Shown here: positions 25,220 to 32,957 of the stretch, piece after piece
How positions within the stretch are numbered: position 1 is the stretch's first letter
Layout of the letters: each line of letters opens with the position of its first letter
NCBI GenBank assembly: GCA_003153335.1
Contig: PLYG01000275.1
Coordinates: forward strand, 12,917-53,224
Reading direction: 5' to 3'
DNA from: Betaproteobacteria bacterium
Lineage (GTDB): Bacteria > Pseudomonadota > Gammaproteobacteria > Burkholderiales > Casimicrobiaceae
Length of the DNA stretch: 40,308 nt
Program-made: the position numbers and the translations under genes
Notes under the pieces: model-generated
What the model was told of the DNA's origin: nothing
Database searches by the model: none
What the model saw: the letters and a program-made list of their open reading frames with translations, nothing else

Positions 25220-25384
25220 ATGCGTTTTGTCATCTGTATGCATCCGAGCGGTCACGTTCGCGCCTACGCACTGGATCGATTGAAAGGCACAGGTAAGCGT
25301 TATGTCTACGAGTCCTTCTGGAACGCCGAACTCAATCGACGCGAGCAAGTCACCATGCAGAAGGAGATTGCGGACCCAACCTGA
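25220..25384 (+). CDS. Hypothetical 54-aa protein (same N-terminal motif)
   Basis: Absent from the ORF track because it is under 60 aa. AGGAGG lies 6 nt before ATG 25220. The N-terminus is MRFVICMHPSGHVRAY. Confidence 0.55.
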   Translation: MRFVICMHPSGHVRAYALDRLKGTGKRYVYESFWNAELNRREQVTMQKEIADPT

Positions 25385-25470
25385 CTCTTGCCTGCCCGGT
25401 TGCTGGTGACCTCGCGGACCTGATCAGGCAGTGGAAAGCGCTGGGCTTTGTCGAATTGACCGAGTTCGCG

Positions 25471-25842
25471 ATGCGCAGGACCTACCAGCGTGCTGTCGAA
25501 GACGAATTGGCTGCGCTTACCAGCGCCGTCGATAGTGCTCGGCTCACGCTGCTTCCAGCTCCTCTTGCCGGTACCAGCAGTTTTGTGCTTGCCGCCACCG
25601 AAATGCTTAAGTTCATGAACGATCCAGAGTTGTTCGTGGATAGCCGGGCCGCCTTACGCCTGCCCGCAGACCATTACCGGCACAACGTCTTTTTCTTCTA
25701 CCGCCCTTCAAGGAGCACCCATGAGCTATCGAGAAATTTTCTACTGCAGCACCATCGACCGTGGCGCACAAGGTCGCAACGGTTTGATGAAGCAGGCTGG
25801 TCTTGCCGTTTCCAGCACCAGCGATCCTCTCGCGATTCCTGA
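25471..25842 (+). CDS. Doubtful ORF
   Basis: This is the only open frame across the 25385-25720 gap. Its Arg/Ser/His-rich tail overlaps the well-supported gene at 25721 by about 120 nt. It may be shorter, frameshifted or non-coding. Confidence 0.25.
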   Translation: MRRTYQRAVEDELAALTSAVDSARLTLLPAPLAGTSSFVLAATEMLKFMNDPELFVDSRAALRLPADHYRHNVFFFYRPSRSTHELSRNFLLQHHRPWRTRSQRFDEAGWSCRFQHQRSSRDS

Positions 25843-26215
25843 GGAATTTCTGATCCAGTTGCACGCGATCACCACCAAGGGCTTCAGCGAAGCCGCCCGC
25901 ATCTCCATTACCTGCGCCGACCTGCCCAAGGTCATCGACGCCATGCTGTTGAATGCCGAAATCCCGGCTTTCAAACGCCGAGCTATTCAGGCGTTGCTGA
26001 AAAACGAGTTCGACGAGATCACCGTCGCGCCCGATCAGCCGGTCCGCATCAACTATCCCGACGCATCCGTGCAGGTTCAACGCAATGGCCACGATCTGGA
26101 GTTGGCAGTGACCATCAGCGACATTGCGGTTCGTTCGTTCGCGGTTACTGCACTTGACATAGCCAATCTTCGGCAGCAGCACAATGCCGCCGCCATCAAC
26201 TGGGAGTCCTCATGA
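25721..26215 (+). CDS. Hypothetical protein
   Basis: RBS AAGGAG before ATG 25721. 164 aa, with the stop overlapping the next start. Confidence 0.7.
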   Translation: MSYREIFYCSTIDRGAQGRNGLMKQAGLAVSSTSDPLAIPEEFLIQLHAITTKGFSEAARISITCADLPKVIDAMLLNAEIPAFKRRAIQALLKNEFDEITVAPDQPVRINYPDASVQVQRNGHDLELAVTISDIAVRSFAVTALDIANLRQQHNAAAINWESS

Positions 26216-26685
26216 AGCAATTTTCACTGTTTGTACGTCCTGACGGCGATCTGCGTGGGCATTGCCTGAGCATCGGCGCCGATGGTCTGCACTGGGTCTT
26301 TTCGGCTGAATTTGCCGATGACCTGATCGCCTACGTGCCGCACTCGTTCGCGGTACTGGCGATGCGCACCGAAGTGTTTCCCGTTGACCTGCAGCCGACC
26401 GAGTTCAGCTTCGCCAACTGGAGAGCCGAGGGTTACACGGACCTCGGTCACCTCTTCACCGAAGACAACATAGATGATTCCGAGCGTGAACTCTGTCGTT
26501 GGATAGTCGCGGTCGACCTGCATTTCCAAGGTCAGCGCAATCCGATCAACAGCCTGTCGCGCAACACGAAGGAAGCCGTGGCTCTCATCGCCTTTCTGAT
26601 GCGCGAAGGCCCGCTGTCGTTACTGTCCCACAAGATCCGCCTCCTCGAAAAAGGCATTCTCGAACCCAGTCCCTACGCTTTTTAG
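26212..26685 (+). CDS. Hypothetical protein (same N-terminal motif)
   Basis: ATGA overlap with the upstream gene. The N-terminus is MKQFSLFVRPDGDLRGH. Confidence 0.65.
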   Translation: MKQFSLFVRPDGDLRGHCLSIGADGLHWVFSAEFADDLIAYVPHSFAVLAMRTEVFPVDLQPTEFSFANWRAEGYTDLGHLFTEDNIDDSERELCRWIVAVDLHFQGQRNPINSLSRNTKEAVALIAFLMREGPLSLLSHKIRLLEKGILEPSPYAF

Positions 26686-26702
26686 CCAGAAAGGAATCCG
26701 CC

Positions 26703-27164
26703 ATGAACCCTTGGCGCAAAGGAGGTACCCAAGACCTGCAGATGTGGGCCCTTGGCGAACGCGTTATATCGATTGCGACCCTCAAGGTAGGCGACATCGT
26801 GCTCAACGATTCGGCGCAGTTCGATGCCCATAACCTCTGCCGGATACTGCGCTTTGACGATCCGGCCCAGTTCAAGCCACCGCGCGACATCTGCTACGCG
26901 ATCTACGTCGATCCGAACGATGTCAGCAAGCCCCGGCGGCAGGACGATGCGGAACTCGCCATCTGGGGTCACGAACTTACCGGCACGTTGAACGCGTACT
27001 ACCGGGTGCAGATCAAGTTTGTCGGCACGCCTGATGCCTCACCGCCGCCACTCGTGATCCAACCGGTCTTTCCGCCGCTGCCGGACCTGAAGCTCCTTCG
27101 CGGCTCCCTGCGCGAAAAAGCGCCTTCCAAGTACGACTGGCACCTGCTCTCGCCAGCCATCTAA
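26703..27164 (+). CDS. Hypothetical protein
   Basis: The internal ATG 26703 is preceded by GAAAGGAA. 153 aa. Confidence 0.6.
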   Translation: MNPWRKGGTQDLQMWALGERVISIATLKVGDIVLNDSAQFDAHNLCRILRFDDPAQFKPPRDICYAIYVDPNDVSKPRRQDDAELAIWGHELTGTLNAYYRVQIKFVGTPDASPPPLVIQPVFPPLPDLKLLRGSLREKAPSKYDWHLLSPAI

Positions 27165-27197
27165 GTTGTATCATCGAACCTTACCCAAGGACTTGCC

Positions 27198-27578
27198 ATG
27201 ACCATGAATACCGCCATTCGCATGAACGGTAACCAATGCACTGACCGGGGCACCGCTGAAGACGCCCTCGCTGGAATCCGGACCCTCCCCGGCTTCTTGT
27301 TTGGCTATGTCAACAGTCTCGCCGGCGAACATCGGGTGATCTCCTTCCACGTCGATGCCGCGCCCGACAGCCCCCTCAAGGACTGCCAGCAACGGGTACC
27401 GTGCACGTTCAGGGACCTCGACCAAACGTGCGACGCATATCTGACTGCAGACCGCCGCGACGAACTGATCGAACTGGCGCGCTCGTATCCGACTAGCACC
27501 GTCATGATGAGCATTCGGGAAACTGCCGAAGCCATCTACCGTGGCACCCCGACGCCGGCTACCGATCTGCCCTCGTAA
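27198..27578 (+). CDS. Hypothetical protein
   Basis: RBS AAGGA before ATG 27198. 126 aa, followed by terminator module T1. Confidence 0.6.
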   Translation: MTMNTAIRMNGNQCTDRGTAEDALAGIRTLPGFLFGYVNSLAGEHRVISFHVDAAPDSPLKDCQQRVPCTFRDLDQTCDAYLTADRRDELIELARSYPTSTVMMSIRETAEAIYRGTPTPATDLPS

Positions 27579-27640
27579 TTGTCCAGCCAGCCTCACCACC
27601 AGCGGCCACGACATCACTCAGCAGTTACCTGCTGATCCTC

Positions 27641-27681
27641 CTTTCCCTCAAGCCCATCGACTTCGTCTTTGGGCTTTTTTT
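27641..27681 (+). terminator. Conserved terminator module, copy T1
   Basis: CTTTCCCTCAAGCCCATCGACTTCGTCTTTGGGCTTTTTTT. The stem is AAGCCCA/TGGGCTT, the loop is conserved and a U tract follows. Confidence 0.75.
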
Positions 27682-27835
27682 CATGCCCTCGGCGGCTAAC
27701 GGTCCCCCAGTCCGTCTCGCCCGACAATGCCCCTGAAACTTCGCACTCGCTGGCGGATTCGTCATCGGACCACGGCTTACCCTGTCGCGCACCACATTCC
27801 ATGGGCAATGCTTTCTTTCTTCCATGGAGACCAAC

Positions 27836-28333
27836 ATGAGTGCGAACAAGCTCTACGACGCAGCCAAGCATCTGGTGCCCTCACTGCGTTTTGCCCCAAC
27901 TGACCCATCGCTCTACACTAGCTTTTCAGTGGTCTATCACCCGACCGGGATCGTGTGTTTTTTCTCGCACTATCGAATCGGTTCCCTGCTGCTCACCCGC
28001 GCCACCCCCGACGAAGACGGGACGTGGCACATCGAAACCGGGTACAAAAGGCACGTCGATGACCTGTTCTTCTTGGGCTTCGAGGATTTCGGCGAGTTGT
28101 TCATGCATCCGGACCCGCAGTCGTTTGCTTTCGAGTATTACCGCGAAGGCATCCGCAAGTTCCTGCGCGCTCTCGACGCAGCCGCGCGCTTTGAAACGCA
28201 GCGCATTCCCGAAGAGTTCTGCGCCGTTCACGGTCAGAACAATGGACGCGTCATCATCCGCCTGACCACAGCGCTCCGGCATCGCATCGCTGTTCCTACC
28301 GCCGGGACCTACCCCACCCTGTATCCTTTCTGA
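27836..28333 (+). CDS. Hypothetical protein
   Basis: GGAG lies 6 nt before ATG 27836. An alternative start lies at 27824. Confidence 0.6.
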   Translation: MSANKLYDAAKHLVPSLRFAPTDPSLYTSFSVVYHPTGIVCFFSHYRIGSLLLTRATPDEDGTWHIETGYKRHVDDLFFLGFEDFGELFMHPDPQSFAFEYYREGIRKFLRALDAAARFETQRIPEEFCAVHGQNNGRVIIRLTTALRHRIAVPTAGTYPTLYPF

Positions 28334-28346
28334 CTGGAGCAACCCA

Positions 28347-28736
28347 ATGAACACCGCTGCAAACTGGTTCATCCAGAATAAGCTGCAACGGGCCCAGTCG
28401 GCCTTCACCACGGCAATGAGCAGAATGCGTCGTGCCCGGAACTTGCGTGAGTTGATGCAGGGCCGCAACGTCCACGTCGAGTCCTTCGTCCACTGTCTGG
28501 TCCGTTCTGAAGAATCCCGCGCAGATCGCCTCCGCGAAGAACTGGCAACCACGATGGTCGAAGCCCACCTCAAGGAAATTGAAACCCTGCCACTGGACCA
28601 ACGCCAAGCAAAGATTGGCGAATTCATGCGGCGCGACTGGTGTTTCCTGCGGGGCAATGAACCGCGTCTTTACCGCCGCATCGAAGTCGAAAGCGCCCGA
28701 CTCACGCGCGACCTGCCACGACCGCCGTTGCCCTGA
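28347..28736 (+). CDS. Hypothetical protein, helical and Arg/Glu-rich
   Basis: RBS CTGGAG before ATG 28347. 129 aa. Confidence 0.6.
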   Translation: MNTAANWFIQNKLQRAQSAFTTAMSRMRRARNLRELMQGRNVHVESFVHCLVRSEESRADRLREELATTMVEAHLKEIETLPLDQRQAKIGEFMRRDWCFLRGNEPRLYRRIEVESARLTRDLPRPPLP

Positions 28737-28764
28737 ACCAAGATTCCCTCCGGTTTTTCTCTCT

Positions 28765-28803
28765 CTCCCCTCAAGCCCATCGACTTCGTCTTTGGGCTTT
28801 TTT
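28765..28803 (+). terminator. Conserved terminator module, copy T2
   Basis: CTCCCCTCAAGCCCATCGACTTCGTCTTTGGGCTTTTTT. Confidence 0.75.
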
Positions 28804-28828
28804 CATGGGGGATTCCACGTTTTGCAAA

Positions 28829-28857
28829 TTGCGTATATGCCCATAATAGGGGATAAT
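28829..28857 (+). promoter_or_regulatory. Promoter-operator copy P7
   Basis: TTGCGT (28829-28834), a 17-nt spacer, then GATAAT (28852-28857). ATGCCC-ataata-GGGGAT lies at 28837-28854. Confidence 0.55.
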
Positions 28858-28874
28858 GACCGTGACGGGTAATT

Positions 28875-28943
28875 GGCCTCGGAGAAGAATTGGTTACTTC
28901 CGGCTCGAAAGAGCTAGCGGTGGGTTCGAACCCCATCGAGGCA
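28875..28943 (+). ncRNA. tRNA-like cloverleaf lacking an anticodon loop (GAAA tetraloop instead)
   Basis: Hand fold. Acceptor: GCCTCG (28876-28881) pairs with CGAGGC (28937-28942). D arm: GAAG-aattggtta-CTTC. Third arm: GGCTC-GAAA-GAGCT. T arm: GTGGG-TTCGAAC-CCCAT. It starts about 11 nt after the predicted P7 transcription start. Confidence 0.45.
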
Positions 28944-29020
28944 GCGGGGGCACCCGGCAATTGCCCGTTGCCGAATTGAATGGAACCAAAGCCTCACGAC
29001 GTTGGAGTTGAAATAGAGTG

Positions 29021-29359
29021 ATGCTGGGCCGTTCCAAAGACAAGCTGCGAGATGGTGGTGTCATGGCGAGTAAGGTGATCGCTGAGGAAGTCGATGACGA
29101 CGGTGCCAAAATGGTCAGCATCACGCTGCATTGCGGCGACCGTCCATCGCGTACGTGGGGCAAGTTTGCAACCGAGGCCCTCACCATCGCCTGTATGACC
29201 GGTCGCGCAATGAGAGTTGAACTCAACGACTGGGTGTGGTCGCTCGATACCCGCCAGTTGAAGTCGGGCATCACCCTTGCCGAACGTGGGCGCGAACTGG
29301 CCGACAAATGGCGCAGAGACGTAGCTTCGAATACAGCAAAGGAACGTAAGCATGGCTGA
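29021..29359 (+). CDS. Hypothetical small protein, first gene of the DUF5131 operon
   Basis: The ORF starts at ATG 29021, with an alternative start at 29063 after GGTGG. Its stop overlaps the start of the next gene. Confidence 0.55.
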   Translation: MLGRSKDKLRDGGVMASKVIAEEVDDDGAKMVSITLHCGDRPSRTWGKFATEALTIACMTGRAMRVELNDWVWSLDTRQLKSGITLAERGRELADKWRRDVASNTAKERKHG

Positions 29360-30548
29360 TGGCACTGGCATCGAGTGGACCGATGCAACATGGAATCCCG
29401 TGACAGGCTGCACCTTGTGGTCCGAAGGCTGCCGCCATTGCTATGCGAAATTTCAGGCATGGCCGCGTCTTGCCGCCTCACCGCAAACCGTCTACTTCGG
29501 GCGCCCCTTCGAGAACGTGGCTGTCCATGATGTGCGCCTCGATCAGCCGTTGCGCTGGACCCGGCCACGTCGGATTTTCGTGAATTCCCTGAGCGACCTC
29601 TTTCATCAGGACGTGCCCTTCGAGTTCATCGACAAGGTCTTCGCTGTCATGGCCATGACCCCGCACCACACTTATCAGATTCTGACCAAGCGGGCCAAGC
29701 GGATGCACCAGTACCTGACCGCGCGCCGGGGAGAGGGCAATACCCAAGACACGACCGCAGAATGTGTCGGCACGATCTATGCACGGCCGGGCCACTTCAT
29801 GCTGAACCTCATCGGGCCCGTCCCGCGCGCCAAACTGCTCGACGGCAGAACGCTGCCCGCGTGGCCCCTGCCCAACGTATGGCTGGGCGTGTCGGTCGAG
29901 GATCAGGACGCGGCTGATGAGCGGATCGGGTTCCTGCTCCAGTCGCCAGCCGCGATCCACTGGATCAGTGCCGAACCGCTGCTGCGGCCGCTCGACATTC
30001 GCCCCTTTCTGGCCCACGACTACAGCGAGTGGCAGCCCACCGGCGAACCGTGTGCGGTCTGTGGCGTCTACACGAACGGCATGCACCACCCGTACGCAGT
30101 TGGCCTCGACTGGGTGGTCGTCGGCGGCGAATCCGGTACCAAGGCCCGCCCCATGCATCCGGAGTGGGCCCGCAGCTTGCGCGACCAATGCACCGCCGCC
30201 GACGTGCCGTTTCTGTTCAAGCAATGGGGCGAATGGTCGCCGATCTCGCAGATCGCGGACAGCGATGGCTACTACGATCCGAAATATGGTAGCGTCAAAC
30301 GTGATGAGTATGACGAGCGCCCACCCAAGAAGGCTGTGGCCAGCACCGTGCTGCAGCTCGACGGCCGGCAGGAATTCGCCTTTCCCGTGGGCGCGATGAC
30401 CTGCTTCAAGATCGGCAAACGAACCTCAGGCCGCTTGCTCGACGACCGGACGTGGGATGAGTATCCGACTGCACCGGAGACAGAATCGGTGCTGGTTGAT
30501 GGCGCGCCGGAGGCCATCCGACCGGCCGCCGAGGAAACCTCCGCATGA
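29352..30548 (+). CDS. DUF5131 / phage Gp37-Gp68 family protein
   Basis: IEWTDATWNPVTGCTLWSEGCRHCYA, RRIFVNSLSDLFH, WLGVSVEDQ, DWVVVGGESG and VPFLFKQWGEW together form the family signature. Confidence 0.9.
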   Translation: MADGTGIEWTDATWNPVTGCTLWSEGCRHCYAKFQAWPRLAASPQTVYFGRPFENVAVHDVRLDQPLRWTRPRRIFVNSLSDLFHQDVPFEFIDKVFAVMAMTPHHTYQILTKRAKRMHQYLTARRGEGNTQDTTAECVGTIYARPGHFMLNLIGPVPRAKLLDGRTLPAWPLPNVWLGVSVEDQDAADERIGFLLQSPAAIHWISAEPLLRPLDIRPFLAHDYSEWQPTGEPCAVCGVYTNGMHHPYAVGLDWVVVGGESGTKARPMHPEWARSLRDQCTAADVPFLFKQWGEWSPISQIADSDGYYDPKYGSVKRDEYDERPPKKAVASTVLQLDGRQEFAFPVGAMTCFKIGKRTSGRLLDDRTWDEYPTAPETESVLVDGAPEAIRPAAEETSA

Positions 30549-31363
30549 GCAAGACCGAATGGCACGACCGCCTGCAGAATAAAGGCGGTCCACCCGAATT
30601 GGCTGATCTACTGGACCAAGGCACACCCGAGCCCGCCTCGTCCGCCAAATTGGAGGCCATCCCCACACGCCTGTATCACGGTACTGCCGGCCGCTGGCTG
30701 GACACCATCCTGCAACAAGGCTTGCTGCCCCGCGTCAAACTGGAACAATCCAATGGCCGCAACAGCGAGGGCAATTGGGAGCACTCGGTACCCAGCCACC
30801 CGGAGCTTGTCTACCTGACCAACGCCTACCCGCTGCATTTTACCGGGGCATCGCTGCTGGAGGATGAGACCAATGGCCTGATCGTTGAAATCGATACGAC
30901 GAAGCTCGATCCCGACCGGTTCCGGCCCGACGAAGATTTTCTGGAGCAGGCCACACGTGGGCATGATGATCTTGATCCGAACATGCCGCTGGCCGTGCGC
31001 AATCGGCATTACCGGGATCGGATCGCGGACTACGAGGCCCTGCCCTCGCTCCAGCATCTGGGCACGGTGGGATACGCAGGTTCGATCCCCTTTGCTGCCA
31101 TCGCACGGATCATGGTCGTGGAGACGAGCGCCATCGGCCGCTTGATCATGTTGGGGTTCGATCCTGTGATTTCGCTCGCCAACTACCGCCACGCCGGTTC
31201 CTTCTACCGCTCTGGCACGCGGTGGATGTTTGGCGACACCGATCTGATCTACGATCTTCCGGCTCGCTTGAAGCCCGCCCTCTCGCGGGAGGGGATCACG
31301 ACCTACGTTCGCGACGAGCTGCTCAAGTTCCGGGCCGCTGCGAAGACTACCCGCCAGAGATAG
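30545..31363 (+). CDS. Hypothetical protein with KptA/Tpt1-like LYHGT...GLLP motif (possible ADP-ribosyltransferase-fold enzyme)
   Basis: The ATG overlaps the upstream stop. RLYHGTAGRWLDTILQQGLLP...LVYLTN parallels FLYHGTASRFLDEIKKQGL...YVHLS of E. coli KptA, as I recall that sequence. Confidence 0.5.
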   Translation: MSKTEWHDRLQNKGGPPELADLLDQGTPEPASSAKLEAIPTRLYHGTAGRWLDTILQQGLLPRVKLEQSNGRNSEGNWEHSVPSHPELVYLTNAYPLHFTGASLLEDETNGLIVEIDTTKLDPDRFRPDEDFLEQATRGHDDLDPNMPLAVRNRHYRDRIADYEALPSLQHLGTVGYAGSIPFAAIARIMVVETSAIGRLIMLGFDPVISLANYRHAGSFYRSGTRWMFGDTDLIYDLPARLKPALSREGITTYVRDELLKFRAAAKTTRQR

Positions 31364-31366
31364 GCT

Positions 31367-31750
31367 ATGTCCGTCCCGTCCGACAAAACCTCGGCCCTCC
31401 CGCTTGCGACCCCGGTCCCCCGCGATCTGGTGGTGCGCGTCGGTCGATTGGCTGGTTTCGCCATCTACTTCGTAGGCGACCGCGCCTTTTACAAGCAGCG
31501 CCCCGGTGTCCCTAGTCTCGTCCCGGGCGCTTCGGTTGCGGTTGGCGAGGAGGTGGAGGTCGAGTTCTCTTTGCCGCTGGTGATGCACCGCATCCTGATC
31601 CGGGCGCCCAAGTTGGTGCTGCTGCAAGACGGCACCCAGTATTTGTGTGCACTCAAACCAGCCCAGCAGCCGGCGCGCGGCAACTCCATCGTGGAGGCCG
31701 TCTTCCGCGCTTTCGCTGACGCCAAGGCCAACGCGCGGGCGGTGGCGTGA
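31367..31750 (+). CDS. Hypothetical protein
   Basis: 127-aa ORF starting 3 nt after the upstream stop. Its first codons coincide with a copy of the 20-mer motif. Confidence 0.55.
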   Translation: MSVPSDKTSALPLATPVPRDLVVRVGRLAGFAIYFVGDRAFYKQRPGVPSLVPGASVAVGEEVEVEFSLPLVMHRILIRAPKLVLLQDGTQYLCALKPAQQPARGNSIVEAVFRAFADAKANARAVA

Positions 31751-31865
31751 ACATTCGTGGCCTCGGAACCGAATTCGTTAGAATCCGGCCACCGCCGCGC
31801 GCTTACGCGGCGCCGCGATCCATCACAGAGGCAAGGCCCAACCCTTTCCTCTCTCGGAGTTACCT

Positions 31866-32468
31866 ATGAAACTCGAAATAACTGTTCCCGACGGCAAATG
31901 CGGCAAGTGGGCCGTCGAAACGTTTGAAATCACCGAGCGCGACGCCTCGTATTCCCGCGTCCGAGAAGTTCTGCGGCCCGGTTCGATGGTCTCCCCCGGC
32001 ATCTACAAGCGCCTGATGCGTGGCAATACGGTCGTGATGAGCAACACCCAGATGGAGGTCCGGACCAATCGACCGGTCATTCACGCTGCTACCGGTCGCG
32101 TCCTGATCAATGGACTCGGGCTTGGGATGGTGCTGACTGCCATCCTGCAAAAGGACTGCGTGCACGAAGTCTGGGTGATCGAAAGCAGTGTCGAAGTGAT
32201 CCAGTTGGTCGGCCCCAGCTTCACCGACCATCGGGTGCGCATCATCCACGCCGACGCCATGACCTATGTGCCTCCCAAGGGCGTTCGCTTCGATGTGGTG
32301 TGGCACGACATTTGGGACGGCATTTCCGCAGCCAATCTCGACGAGATGATCGTGCTTCATCGCCGCTACGCCCAACGCACGCGCTGGCAAGCATCGTGGG
32401 CTCGCGCGGAATGTGAAGAACTGCGCCGCCGGGATCGCAAGTTCGAGAGCAACCTGCTGTACGGTTGA
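31866..32468 (+). CDS. Class I SAM-dependent methyltransferase-like protein
   Basis: RVLINGLGLGMV is a GxGxG motif I, followed by VWVIESS, IIHADA and FDVVWHDIW. No DPPY or PCQ motifs typical of DNA methyltransferases are seen. Confidence 0.6.
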   Translation: MKLEITVPDGKCGKWAVETFEITERDASYSRVREVLRPGSMVSPGIYKRLMRGNTVVMSNTQMEVRTNRPVIHAATGRVLINGLGLGMVLTAILQKDCVHEVWVIESSVEVIQLVGPSFTDHRVRIIHADAMTYVPPKGVRFDVVWHDIWDGISAANLDEMIVLHRRYAQRTRWQASWARAECEELRRRDRKFESNLLYG

Positions 32469-32502
32469 TCGACTTACGGCCATCGCGCCTCTTCTTTTCC
32501 AT

Positions 32503-32540
32503 CCCCCTCAAGCCCATCGACTTCGTCTGTGGGCTTTTTT
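32503..32540 (+). terminator. Conserved terminator module, copy T3
   Basis: CCCCCTCAAGCCCATCGACTTCGTCTGTGGGCTTTTTT. Confidence 0.75.
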
Positions 32541-32890
32541 CATGGCGTTTGTACGATGAGCGTCCGTGGTTCCCCAACGCGCAACCGCTAAAACTCACGG
32601 ATTCCACTGTTTTTCTGGGCAAACTGATGGTCTTTTGCCTGGTTACACCGGTTGCCTCTCCGCGAATGGGTGTTTCCGCCGGGAAATTGCTCGGCACGTA
32701 CCCAACTCCCGTGGGCGAGACAAATGCCCGTGTTGATGGGCGCTGCCCCCAAGCGCCACCCCTGCGCCACTATTCGGTCCCACCCTCGCGCGCCGATGAT
32801 GAGGAGGTCGGGCTGGTCATTTCTTACTCAATCAACCCGTGATCCTCCGCCGGCCACATCCGCACGTGGGTTCGGAACGCCCCCTCCAAG

Positions 32891-32925
32891 TTATCCGGTT
32901 ATTTTTCCACAGAAGCTGTGGATAA
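32891..32925. promoter_or_regulatory. Convergent DnaA-box-like pair
   Basis: TTTTCCACA (32903-32911) and TGTGGATAA (32917-32925, reverse complement of TTATCCACA) form the palindrome CCACAG-aag-CTGTGG. TTATCCGGT lies at 32891. Confidence 0.4.
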
Positions 32926-32957
32926 CTGCTGGCGACCGGCGGTTGCGTCGGTTGTAA

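Noticed and set aside
27650-27685. 11-codon minus-strand mini-ORF (MKKAQRRSRWA) created by the CATG after five terminator copies
   Set aside because: It has no RBS, is absent from three copies, and is simply the reverse complement of the U tract and stem. The conserved CATG is noted but a peptide is not supported.
28875-28943. Bona fide tRNA gene or tRNA-derived att site
   Set aside because: The third arm has a 4-nt loop, so no anticodon exists. The acceptor stem is 6 bp with a G-A mismatch at the terminal seventh position, and no CCA is encoded. No integrase or direct repeat of the 3' half is in the window. It is reported as tRNA-like only.
30608-31627. 339-aa minus-strand ORF, and similarly 29478..30224 and 28894..29568
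   Set aside because: These lie antisense to the DUF5131 and KptA-like genes, which have family motifs and coupled starts. They are shadow ORFs.
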